From: the human T2T-CHM13v2.0 reference genome, Homo sapiens
DNA: 64,000 nucleotides
Reading direction: 5' to 3' (one strand)
Assembly (NCBI RefSeq): GCF_009914755.1
Contig: NC_060927.1
In this document: in pieces, positions 42,735 to 64,000 of the stretch
Position numbering within the stretch: the first letter of the stretch is position 1
How the letters are laid out: every line of letters begins with the position of its first letter
The notes under the pieces: generated by a model
Told to the model about the DNA's origin: nothing
Database searches by the model: none
What the model saw: only the letters and a program-made list of their open reading frames with translations
Made by a program: the position numbers and the translations under genes

Positions 42735-44331
42735 CAAAACAGGACACCTGGACACTTTCCTCAAGGAATAATGTATAGCGGACAGTGGTAAATGACTTTG
42801 CTGGTTGGTAAGAGCAACTAGCAATATTGGAAGATTAGAGAAAAAGGGTTCTAGATGACTCATCAAGGGAAGCTCAGTCAGCCTCTGTACTCATACACTC
42901 CAGTGCCTGAGCACGGAACTCAAAAATAAAAAAGCTATGGTGTCATAATAAAAATGCACATGGGCCAAATAGCATGGGCTCCCTCGTGCTAATCAGTACT
43001 ATGTACTGCTGCTACTGAATATCAGATCTGTCAAAAGCAGAGATCAATGTTGAGCACTTGACGGATGATGGTACCATCCACCAAAGAGACCAACTAGCCA
43101 CTTGGAGGCAAGTTGAAAACATCAGACCACTTACCTACTAAAAGGAGTAGTGATTTGCCCCGACTTGAATTATTCTTGGCATAGAACTCTCTGTCTTTCC
43201 CACAGCACCTTGCAAAGCACCACCACTCAAAGGTTCATAAATCTTGAAAAACATCTCCTAGGACCAAGGGTCACACTTTTAGAAGGAGAGGTGACAATGA
43301 TAAATAACCAAGGAATGTACTGTTTCTACCATACATCATGTGGTCTCCTGAGGGCAGAGCTAAGCACCAACTTGGAAGTGACATCTCTGAGATGGGGACA
43401 TTGTCCTTCAAGGCTTCAAGGTAAAGTATATTATTTAACTAATGGCCATTATATAAGACTGTGTACTTAGCAGTTAGAAAACATGAGTCTGGGACTGAAA
43501 TGGTGAAATTAGGATTAGCATTTCTAATTATAATTTGCAGTTATCTGTGGGAGAATTAGTGATTTCATTACTACAACTTTAGGCTTTTCTGGACTAAAGG
43601 TCCCAGTTCCTGGAGTAGGGGTGGGGAAAGCTATTCTACCAGCATCCTTGTTAAAGGTTCCACCAAATCCAAACTGAGCAGCTGCATGGTCATTTTGGGA
43701 TCTTCATGCTGGCAGACTGGCAGACAAAGAAAGGAGTTACTATACTGACAAGAGCCATTGATTATTGGTCCCTAGTGTTCATGATGCTATAATGTGCTGC
43801 TACCTAATGAAGACAAGAGGTAAATGACTTCGTTCCTTCTGGAAATTTAGAGGATTCACTGGAACACATCATATTGCTTCTACATAGTGATTACCCAAGA
43901 GGGAAAAGCAACTTTACTATTGTACTATTCCTTTGTCCAAAATATTTTAAGAATGTACATGGCTCTTATTATTGTAATTCAAAAACATATTTCATAGATG
44001 TTTAATGATGACGGTGTATATTAAACTTAATTCGTATGTTTCCCTAGATATAAAAATTTCTTACTACATCTATTATAAGTTTATTCATTTTAACAACCAC
44101 AACAAGACTTGATTTGATTGACCTTTTACTAATATTTCTGTAACTGTCACAGCAGATAATATAAAGTGTAATCTAACATAATCTGTTTTTTATTTCGCTG
44201 CTTCTAAGAATCCCATCTTATCTTGAAGTTTTCAACCATGGTTTAATACACAGTAACTTATTGGAAGCCTCAATTGGTTTCCTGTTGTCTATTAATAATT
44301 AAAATGAATTGAAAGAAAAAAAAAAAAAAAA

Positions 44332-44335
<4 letters not shown>
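42735..44335 (+). other. L1 3' transduction (~1.6 kb) containing degenerate ERVL-like internal sequence, ending in a second polyA
   Basis: Non-L1 DNA between two A-tails; ATTAAA at 44298-44303; polyA 44316-44335 directly followed by the resumed host ORF2. GGACCAAGGGTCACACTTT resembles an integrase DQG-HF remnant. Confidence 0.88.
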
Positions 44336-48229
<3,894 letters not shown>

Positions 48230-48680
48230 AATACATATAGGATAATTACAATTTTCTAAAACATCCTCTCTGTGGAAAAAAGATTGGAAGAAAAAAATGT
48301 CAAAAATGTTATGTGATTGTCCTTAGGCTGCTGAAAGATGGGTTTCAAATATTTTAATTTTTCATTCTATTTTAAAATTTTCCTATAATGAAATGTATTA
48401 CTTTTGGAATGGAAAAAATGGTTTAAAATCCCCAAAGAACTTCATTTTACTTTTTATCCTTGTTTAATCCAGGGTAATGCTTATAAGAATAAAAGAAGTT
48501 AAAGATACTTCATGTTGAGAATTTAAGTATAGTTTGGAAGAAACTCTGAGCAAGCGATACTAAGTTATGTCTTGGCTGCCCTCAGTTAGCCATATACACA
48601 TGAAGCAAACCTCATCACTGGGTCTCCATCCCCTTTCCTTGATCAAGGTGACTATGAAACACTAAGAAGTCTGTTCACCT

Positions 48681-48988
<308 letters not shown>

Positions 48989-49039
48989 CTAAAGATCATA
49001 CCAATGATGGCAGAATACAGACTCTAGCAATAGGTCTAG

Positions 49040-49194
49040 CAAAGTCTGGTATATTCCACAGCCTTCAGTTTAGCTTGCTGTGGTTGGCCCTAGGTCACCT
49101 TGCCATTCTAAGAAGTGGTCATTCACAAACTGGCTTCTGCTGAATTGATTTTCTGGGAATCAGCCTGCTTCTGCTGAGGACAAGCTTGAACCAA
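49040..49194 (+). repeat. 155-bp direct repeat, copy 2 (copy 1 at 35654-35808)
   Basis: CAAAGTCTGGTATATTCCACAGCC...GAGGACAAGCTTGAACCAA. Confidence 0.95.
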
Positions 49195-50311
49195 AAGATA
49201 GGAGACCTCAGGAGGTTAAATTCATAAGCCAATATTTTTAATTAGCCATCCTTGGTATACTTAACAAGTCATAAGAGTTAGATTCTGTAAATAATAGTCT
49301 TTCAGAGGCCAGGCCTGTGCTGCATTTTTAGAAAGCCAGAGTCAACCCAGGCAAAAATGTCAATGATACCTTTTACCTGGAGAGAGAACATCTCTCTAGG
49401 ACTGTTAAACCAAAAGCTATACTACACTCACCCACAATAGCTACAGAATTCCTTGGCAGGGGCTAGTGGTTTCTTCTAGCTGATTCTGAAATTGAAATAT
49501 TGAATATCTATCATTTAGGAACATGAAATTCAGCAGCTTTCTTAAAGAGACTTAAACCAACATGGAAGAAAAATATAAAAAGTTTCCTTATAACCTAACC
49601 AGCATTAGGGCCTGCCATGCACCCCAAGTCCCGGGCCAGTTTCTTCAGGAGACATGTGGAGTAAGAAACAGAAATTGTTCTTAAGGAGAGGGAGAAAAAA
49701 ACAAGTACAAAATTGCCTGTAATACCAAGTAGAATAAAATAAGTAGGATGCAAATTTAGGGAAGAGAAAAATCACCTCTACTTGGGGGCCATAAGGGAAG
49801 ATTTCCAGAGAATGAGGCATTTGAAGCAGCCCTTGATAGACATAAGATTTCAGTCAGCCACAGGCAGCAGGGAAGGTATAAGATAACTTTGATGGAGGGA
49901 AGAATATTATCAAGCAAAAGAAGATATGAAAAAAAAAGATAACATGTTCCAATCCAAATTTCTAAAAATGCAAGTGGCCCTATGAACTGAGGACCCGGGA
50001 GTCATGGCCTGGCCTATGGCTGGGCTTTGTTTTGCTGGGTATGAACTTGGAGCTCTGTGAACTTTGAAAGGCAGGTGGAGGTGGAGGCTGCTTGGCTGGT
50101 GGGGCTCCCAGAACAGACTTAAGGAGTGGGGAAGAAGAGGAATAAGAGCTCTTGCTGCTACAGAGATAAGAACTTGGTAGGAAGCAAATAAGAGACACTA
50201 AAAAGACATCATTGAGTCATTTTGCTTTGTGATATAACTCCTCTCCTGTGTATCCAGATAAATCTTTGATCACAATCTACATTACTAGACAATGTGTTAG
50301 ACTTGAATTTT

Positions 50312-50313
<2 letters not shown>

Positions 50314-50342
<29 letters not shown>
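50314..50342. repeat. (GT)n microsatellite
   Basis: About 14 GT units. Confidence 0.96.
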
Positions 50343-50489
50343 GTGGGGGGCTGTATGTGTGTATGGGTTGAGGGGTGGTGGGTATGGAATACATCCTGGA
50401 GGTGAGAGTGAGATGAAAGCAGAGGCAGCAAGAGGGGTGTAGGCACATTTGTTTAATAGACTTACTTGGAAGTGAAGAAAGGCAACTAG

Positions 50490-51090
50490 TCATTCATTCA
50501 TTCATCACTACTACGTTGTACCAAACACTGTGCTAGTATCGAGATGCAGTAGATCCAAGTCTGATGTGGTCCTGGTCTTCAAAGAGCCTGCAATCTTGTT
50601 GGGGTTGGGGGCAGAGATGAACTAAATAATTTTAAAAATGCCTAATTAGGATTGCAGTTAGTGCCATGAAGGAGAAGCCTATATCGCTATGAAAGTTCGT
50701 AGAGGGATTCAACCTTGTTGATTAGTTAAGGGGCTATAGAATTGAGTTCTGAAGGACGAATAGGAATGTAGAGTGTAGTGTTTAAGGTAGAGCAAAGAGT
50801 AAGTGCAAAGGCCCTGTGGAAAGAAGGAACTGAAGACAGGCCAGCATGTCTGAAGCACAGACAGTGATGAGGAGCATAGAGACAAGTACTGCTGACGAGA
50901 CAGGAAGCAGACCACCACTGGGTGTTGTAAGTCAGGTAAGGGTTAATTGGGGGTGATAGGATCATTTATATTTAAGAAGGCCACTCTGGCTGCTGTATGG
51001 AAAAGGAATGAGAGTATGACAAGAGTAGATGTATGCAAGAAAATCAACTAAGAAGCCGCTGCTCTCCCCAGGGAAAAGATGATGATAGGG
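50490..51090 (-). mobile_element. L2 fragment
   Basis: CATTCATTCATTCA terminus, AAGTGCAAAGGCCCTG and CACTCTGGCTGCTGTATGG L2 motifs. Confidence 0.7.
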
Positions 51091-51559
51091 CTATACTTTA
51101 TCACAAATAAGAAAGCATGACATAGCCTCAGCTAAGAGGATTAACTCTCTTTTATATTAAATTGAAAGCGTGCAAGAAAATGTCACCTTACACTTTGTAG
51201 GAAACTTATTGTTCCTTTCAAGTACAAATATGTGCTTATGTAAGTGACTTTAGCAATAAGAACAGATATATGCTAACACTAGGATGAAAAGACAGTCTCT
51301 GAAGAAGTGGAATGCAAAATGTAATATTCATAAGCTTTTGGATATGTCTACATGACAGATGTGTTTCTAAGTGTACTGTATATTTTAGGCAGAATGTTTT
51401 TTCTTGGCTGGTTTGTATACAGCACACTGAATGGATAGAGGGAACAAAGCATTATATATGAGTTACTTTTTCTTTATATACAAACAATTCACAGAGGCAT
51501 TCCCACTAAAATGCTTCCATTTCACCTTCAATTCATCTTGAATACTCTAATTTTGTTCA

Positions 51560-55250
<3,691 letters not shown>

Positions 55251-56479
55251 GTAACATATGTTTGTCATGGACACTCCTTGTATTCTCAAAGTGCCTGCTG
55301 GATACATTACCACTTAGAAAGAAAGTAGTCCTAGGTGGGTCTTTTCTAAATATCATAAACTTCTGTGACTTAGGTGTACCTATTGGGTGAAAACAGTTGT
55401 ATGCTTATTCATGACTGATCAGGACACTGCCCAAGTCAACAGAACTACAGAGGAGTTGGATACAATGAAAGCCAACCTCCCATGTGGTGCTTTGGGGCAA
55501 TCTAGATTGAAGTTTCAAATGGACCCAGTATGTCTTCTTTTGGAGGAAGAGTAAGTGCTAGGTAAACAAATAGAAAGTGGGTTATTAAGCTCAAGTAGGA
55601 CCCTGAAAACCCTAAAATATTGTTCTTATTCTCCCTTAGGGCTGCTGTTCATTCCAATATTGGGAGGCAAGGTCCCAGGTTGGCTATACAACCAAAGAGA
55701 TGACTGTCCTTGCTACCCCATGTTCCTGGATCTCCTTGCCAATTAAATTAATTCACATAGTACTCTCTGTCTCTTCCTTGCAACCTTAATAAAACTAACA
55801 AGAAGATCCAGGTTTGAGGAAGATCCAGGTTTTGGAGGAGTCTTCTTTAAGAAAAATTACACAAAACTACAAATACAATTAGATATAAATGAGAAAAATC
55901 ACAATAAATTACAAATTTAAAACATAAACATCACAAAATGAAATATATAAAAGAAATAATAAAATATTTGTATTAATTTTCTGATATACCTCTATATTTT
56001 TTCCTACATATTTTGGCTGCATACACTTTGTTTGCCTCTTCAGATGGCAAGATTGTTGTAATATTGTATTCTATAGAGGAAAAAGCAAGACAATACAGTG
56101 CTTTCTTGATGCACCTTTCTTACAGTTTCTATATCCACCTATTCATCTTCTGTTCCCCAAAACCCTGCCCTATCCACATAACTTAACCACCCCTTCCCAT
56201 TTGCATTCCTTCTTCACTTCACCACATCATCCCCCTTCTTCCAGCCAAACACAGGTACATATACTTTGTCCTTGTAACCCATGACCTGATAAACTCTGTT
56301 AGGAGGTTTCTTAGGAAGTAAAAGTCTTCAAAACAGGAAATATTCATTGATGAAATGACAACTTGTGAAATTGTTCCCCACTTAAATTGTCCAATCTTTT
56401 AACCTTAGTGCCTATACCCACTTCTATCAAAATCCTTGTCATTCATTTGGAAATATCTAGCCCTCAAATACAACTGAAA

Positions 56480-56800
56480 TCTATTGCAAATTAAAAGTGC
56501 AAATTTACAAAAGATGTGGAATTTCATGATCTTGAAATTGATGTTAGTAAACTGCTGGATCCACATGCAAAGTCATTAATAAAGGAGGACTTCACAGAGT
56601 TGGACCAGATAACAAATGAAAAAGAGAAAAACAATGAGAACGATGTTGACATCAATACATCAAAGAGAAATAATCTGATTTCAAAGGATTAAGAGAGGTC
56701 TTTGGGAAAACTAGATAAACGCCTCCAAAACTTTTGCAAGTAAGACCCTGCAGCAAAAATCAAATGCACAGTGAAGGATAATGAGCCATATAAAAAATTA
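56480..56800 (+). mobile_element. Possible Tigger/pogo-like DNA transposon remnant
   Basis: Translation DVSKLLDPHAKSLIKEDFTEL at ~56540-56602 resembles a Tigger transposase C-terminal segment; no TIRs identified. Confidence 0.4.
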
Positions 56801-57230
56801 TGTCCCTCCTCCAAAACAACATTTGAGTTACCAGAATTAGCACATACTTGCAGTTGTAACCTAACGTGTTAAATATAAGATAAATTCATTTTTATAAGTT
56901 TGGGTTGAATTTTTTTCAATATAAAGTTCAAATCAAGTCTTTTTCTTTCACTCTTTCACTATGGAATCTACATCTCTATCTTTAATGGATTCATTCTAAG
57001 AGGGCCTTTTCTGGTACCAATTATCTTTGGAAAAGAAAGACCTTTTGTACTCATCTCTGTTTTACAAGCATGTAATATATTTTAATACCACCACTCCCCC
57101 ACTGGAAATTGTAAAAAATACAGACTCTTGGGTTCCTCTGCCATACCAATTTTGAATCTCCAGGTGGAGAACGGGAACTAGGAGTTAAAAAAAAATTCCA
57201 TATTTTAATTTACTAATTATTTTTACTTCA

Positions 57231-57358
57231 TTTTTTTTTTTAGAGGTGCAGTCTCACTATGTTGTCTAGGCTAGACTTAAACTCCTGGGATCAAGGGATC
57301 TTCCGGCCTCAGCCTCTCCAGTAGCTGGGACTACAGGTACATGCTACCACACCTGGCT
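57231..57358 (-). mobile_element. Alu monomer (FLAM-like)
   Basis: Poly-T followed by a single reverse arm. Confidence 0.8.
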
Positions 57359-57495
57359 AAACTCCCTTTTTTTTTAACACTCATCATAAGCAATCCTCGT
57401 GATAATCAGGCAAGTGTGGTAATAACTACTTTAACTCATCCAAAGCTTTCTTTATAGTAACCTTAAGAAATCTTCTTTAACCTAGTCAGCTGGTT

Positions 57496-58263
<768 letters not shown>

Positions 58264-59669
58264 GTTCGTACTCGCTGGACTCATTCCTTTATCCTTTTAT
58301 TCTTTTTACATGCTCTCCTTCCTAGATCAGTGTCTAATCTATACAGGTTTTGGAAACTTTATGTAGTCTTTAGAATTTTATAAACTGCTCTTGCTTTTCA
58401 TATTGTATTATTTTCTTAGTATTTCAAAACACCTTTGAACAAGTCAGAATTTCCTTTTTTTTTCTCCTTTAAAATCGAGTCTGAGTAACTCGTCTTGTGT
58501 TCATTTTTTCTACATTCTCTCAGCCTGAATCCTCATGAGTCCATTTTGCTCTATATTCATCTGGACATTAGACTACTTTGAAATATTACCATTTCTGCCT
58601 ATTCTTTCTGTACTGCCTGATTGTCAGCTCCCGAAAGGCAAACACCCCATCTTCCATTTTGTCTGGATTTCCCCCACTGAGCCTAGAAGATTGACTTAAC
58701 ACTGACTAGTGTGCTGTGTGCTTCACGCGGTGGGTGCTTAATAAATATTTTAAAACAGTATTAAAATGTTGAATAAATTTGACAGCAGTGCTGCTTCTCA
58801 TCATTTCAAATGCCAACACTTTCTAGGTCCCTTTTCTAGCAACCATTTCCCAACATACCTACGCGCCCCCAGACGTTTCAGCCAAGCTGGGGCTCTCTTT
58901 TGATCCATCCTTCTTTGCCCGAGTTATGGAAATATTGTTTACATTTTTTCCCCTGAGGAGAAGGGGAACCCAAAGACCCTGCTGTGAAACTTGAAGTTGT
59001 TTTTCTCCTTGGTAACTGGGGAGAAGGAAGGACAGTAGGGACAGAGAAGGTTTTGTTTCTGATTACTTCAGTTTTCGCCCCAGATCGTCTTTTACAATAA
59101 GATGCATGCCCCTATGAGTATTTTCATACCTGTAAGGATGTTTTTAATTCTTTGCATCTGAAGAGTGCTAAGGATTTTAGGCAAGAGGTTTTAGTATTTT
59201 AACTAAGATGTTTTCTCATGAGCTTTATTCAGTATCTCATTTTCTTCCTGACCTTCTATAGTCAGTCAGGCAACATTTCTCTTATAACATCATTTTTCCT
59301 ATTAATCATTATTTCGTACCTGTGAAAAATAAGCTTACACTTAATGTTGTATGAATCTAGCATGGTAAAGTACAGAAAAGCTTATTCTCTTCTTCTTGGG
59401 TAGGGAATTCTGTTTTGCAAAGCACTTTGTGATCTATTTGTTAGCTTATTTAATCCTCACAACAACTTTGCTAGGTGGACAGGAGTCATTATCTCCAGGA
59501 TAAGGAAAAGGAAACTCAGAGACTTTAAGTGACTTATCCAAGGTGACACAGCACGGTTAGACCCACAATGAAAACCCGGACTTCTGACTCCACAGCCAGT
59601 CCCACACAGCTCAACTTTACATAATAAGCCCTGGTTATGTCAGTAGAGACAAGGCTGCTAGGAAGAAGC

Positions 59670-60126
<457 letters not shown>

Positions 60127-60271
60127 TAGGGCCCGAGTCCTGGGAGAGACCGAGAGAGACCACGCAAAGGGTCGGCCACCGCTCCCGATCAGTATCTCAG
60201 ACGCAGGTCCTCTTCCAGGCCTAGCCAACTCACTACCCTTTTACCTTTGCCAGAGCTTGGCCCTCGAGAGG

Positions 60272-60496
60272 ACCGGCTCTGGACTCAGACCTGGCTGGGT
60301 TTGAATCCTGGCTTGATCACTTCCTGCCTGCGTGACCTTAAGAACGTTATTCACTCTGCTTATCCTCGATTTTCTGTCTGCAAAATGGGCGTAATATAGT
60401 GCTTACTCTTTTATCAGGCTGTTAGGATTAAATGAGATAGAGTATGTGACTGTCCTAGCACAGTGCCTCGTTCGTAAGGCGTGTTCAGAAAATGTT
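60272..60496. mobile_element. MIR in NDUFB4 intron 1
   Basis: GGGTTTGAATCCTGGCT...GTGACCTT...CTGCAAAATGGG...AGGATTAAATGAGAT. Confidence 0.8.
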
Positions 60497-60645
60497 TCTA
60501 TATATATGCATATATATATTATATTATATATATATTCTATATATATGCATATATATTATATTCTCTATATATGCATATATATTTTATATATATGCATATA
60601 TATTATATTCTATATATATGCATATATATTTTATATATATATATA
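60497..60645. repeat. AT-rich minisatellite with five ATATATGCATATAT cores
   Basis: Units of ~22-39 bp, each centred on a palindromic ATGCAT. Confidence 0.93.
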
Positions 60646-61567
60646 ATTTTAAAGAGCTGGTGTTTACCTTTCAGTTCACAGCTCATAGGGATACTGCTCT
60701 CTCCTGATGGGAATACAGTGATTCCTTCAACCTGCATCTTTTAAAGACCCTGAAGCTTGCTGAAGTTCTAGGCTTTGGAGTCAGAACCCAAAGCACTACT
60801 CATTGGCTAACTCTGTTACCTTGGGCAACTTCAACTCCTCTGAATTATAGTTTCCTGGTTTCATATATAAATGATGTGCATTATGAGGTTAAATAAGACA
60901 GTCTGTGTAACATTCCCAGCACATAATATATGCCCAGTAAACTGGTAATTAACAGGTGTGCTTTCATTAGGTAGTTTTCTATACAGGAACTAAGTAGGTT
61001 AAATATGATGTTAACAGAACAGGACTGGACTTTTCCCACACGTTGCATTGGTGTTTTGGAATTTTTGGAAGTTATGAGGATTGAATGAAAGTTACAATGT
61101 GCCAGGCACTGTGCTAAAACTCTTTTTGAGTACTATTTACATATCACAACTATTTGGATGATTAAGCTCTACTACTGTCCCCATTTTACAGATGAGAAGA
61201 CAACATGGGAAGGACAAGTAGGTCATACAGAGATACCTCTTTAGTAGGTGATAGAGCAAAATTCTAACCCTGGTTTGTGTAACCCACAGCATCTGCTTTT
61301 AACTAGTTGGTTATACTGTCTCCAGCCAGAACCTTGTTAACTTGGGAAGAGGGTGCAGAGAGACACATTTATTACAAACTCACATGATTGGGTTTGATGT
61401 GTTAGTGTGATGCATTAAAAAAGAATAAGGCCTCAGTCAGACCTGAAATTGAAACCAAGATCTTCTGTCTTCTAGCTGTATGCCTCAGGGTAGTTTCAAT
61501 TTTCTCATGTGTAAATAGAGGTAATACTACCAGTCTCTTTGGTTCTGTTGATTAAATGAGTGTGTGA

Positions 61568-63170
<1,603 letters not shown>

Positions 63171-63641
63171 AGAGGAGGAAAACTCTCTTCATAGTGTGTC
63201 TTTTGGAACCTCTCAATAACATTACCGGGCTTAATGAACTATGGTCATGGGGCAATTGGTATTTTTATGAAATGAAATGTCTGTTTCTGGAAGACAGATC
63301 TGGCAGATATTAAAGCACAGAGAGGTGACTAGCAAATTGAGAAGTCTGCCATTTGATAGTCATTCAGATACATTTATAGTAGAAAGGATGTAAGAATAGA
63401 TGCATTAATCCTTTCAGCTATTGAGCTTTAACATCCCCTTGGACCTAATCTGTGTCTTTACCCTCTTTTTTCTTGTTGGCAGTATAGGCATAATAATAAA
63501 CAATGCTGCAGAACACTTGCATGTGCTTTCATTTTAATGTGGTGTGATAATGTCAATAGTTTCTAGAACAGCAGAAGATATTTTGGGACTTTGTATCTAG
63601 TAGTGAGTGCTTACACCGTTGAGGAATTTCAGTCTGATTAA

Positions 63642-64000
<359 letters not shown>

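Noticed and set aside
55802-55840. Short tandem duplication GAAGATCCAGGTTT(T)G(G)AGGA
   Set aside because: Two 17-bp units only; ordinary slippage, not an array.
60446-60744. I/Y-rich hydrophobic ORFs
   Set aside because: These are translations of the AT minisatellite.

Overview
This is repeat-rich primate genomic DNA, almost certainly human because it carries an L1-Ta 3' end and a consensus-like AluYa5. It lies upstream of NDUFB4; only the promoter, coding exon 1 (59920-60099) and the start of intron 1 are in the window. Most of the rest is transposable-element derived, and almost all short ORFs in the track are noise. No novel gene system was found. The most unusual structure is at 36575-48229: an old full-length L1 (L1PA3/PA4-like, dead ORF1, 16-bp TSD) has been invaded in its own ORF2 by a young L1HS-Ta copy carrying a ~1.6-kb 3' transduction. 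The young copy joined in exact homologous register, creating an uninterrupted chimeric 1275-aa ORF2. It also carries short patches of the host's non-consensus variants. Two other oddities stand out: a multi-fragment junction at ~11.0-11.45 kb containing a 41-bp young-L1 snippet and an 18-bp fold-back, and a 155-bp direct duplication (35654 and 49040) that I cannot assign to a repeat family. Subfamily calls were made by eye against remembered consensus sequences, and boundaries of old repeats are approximate.
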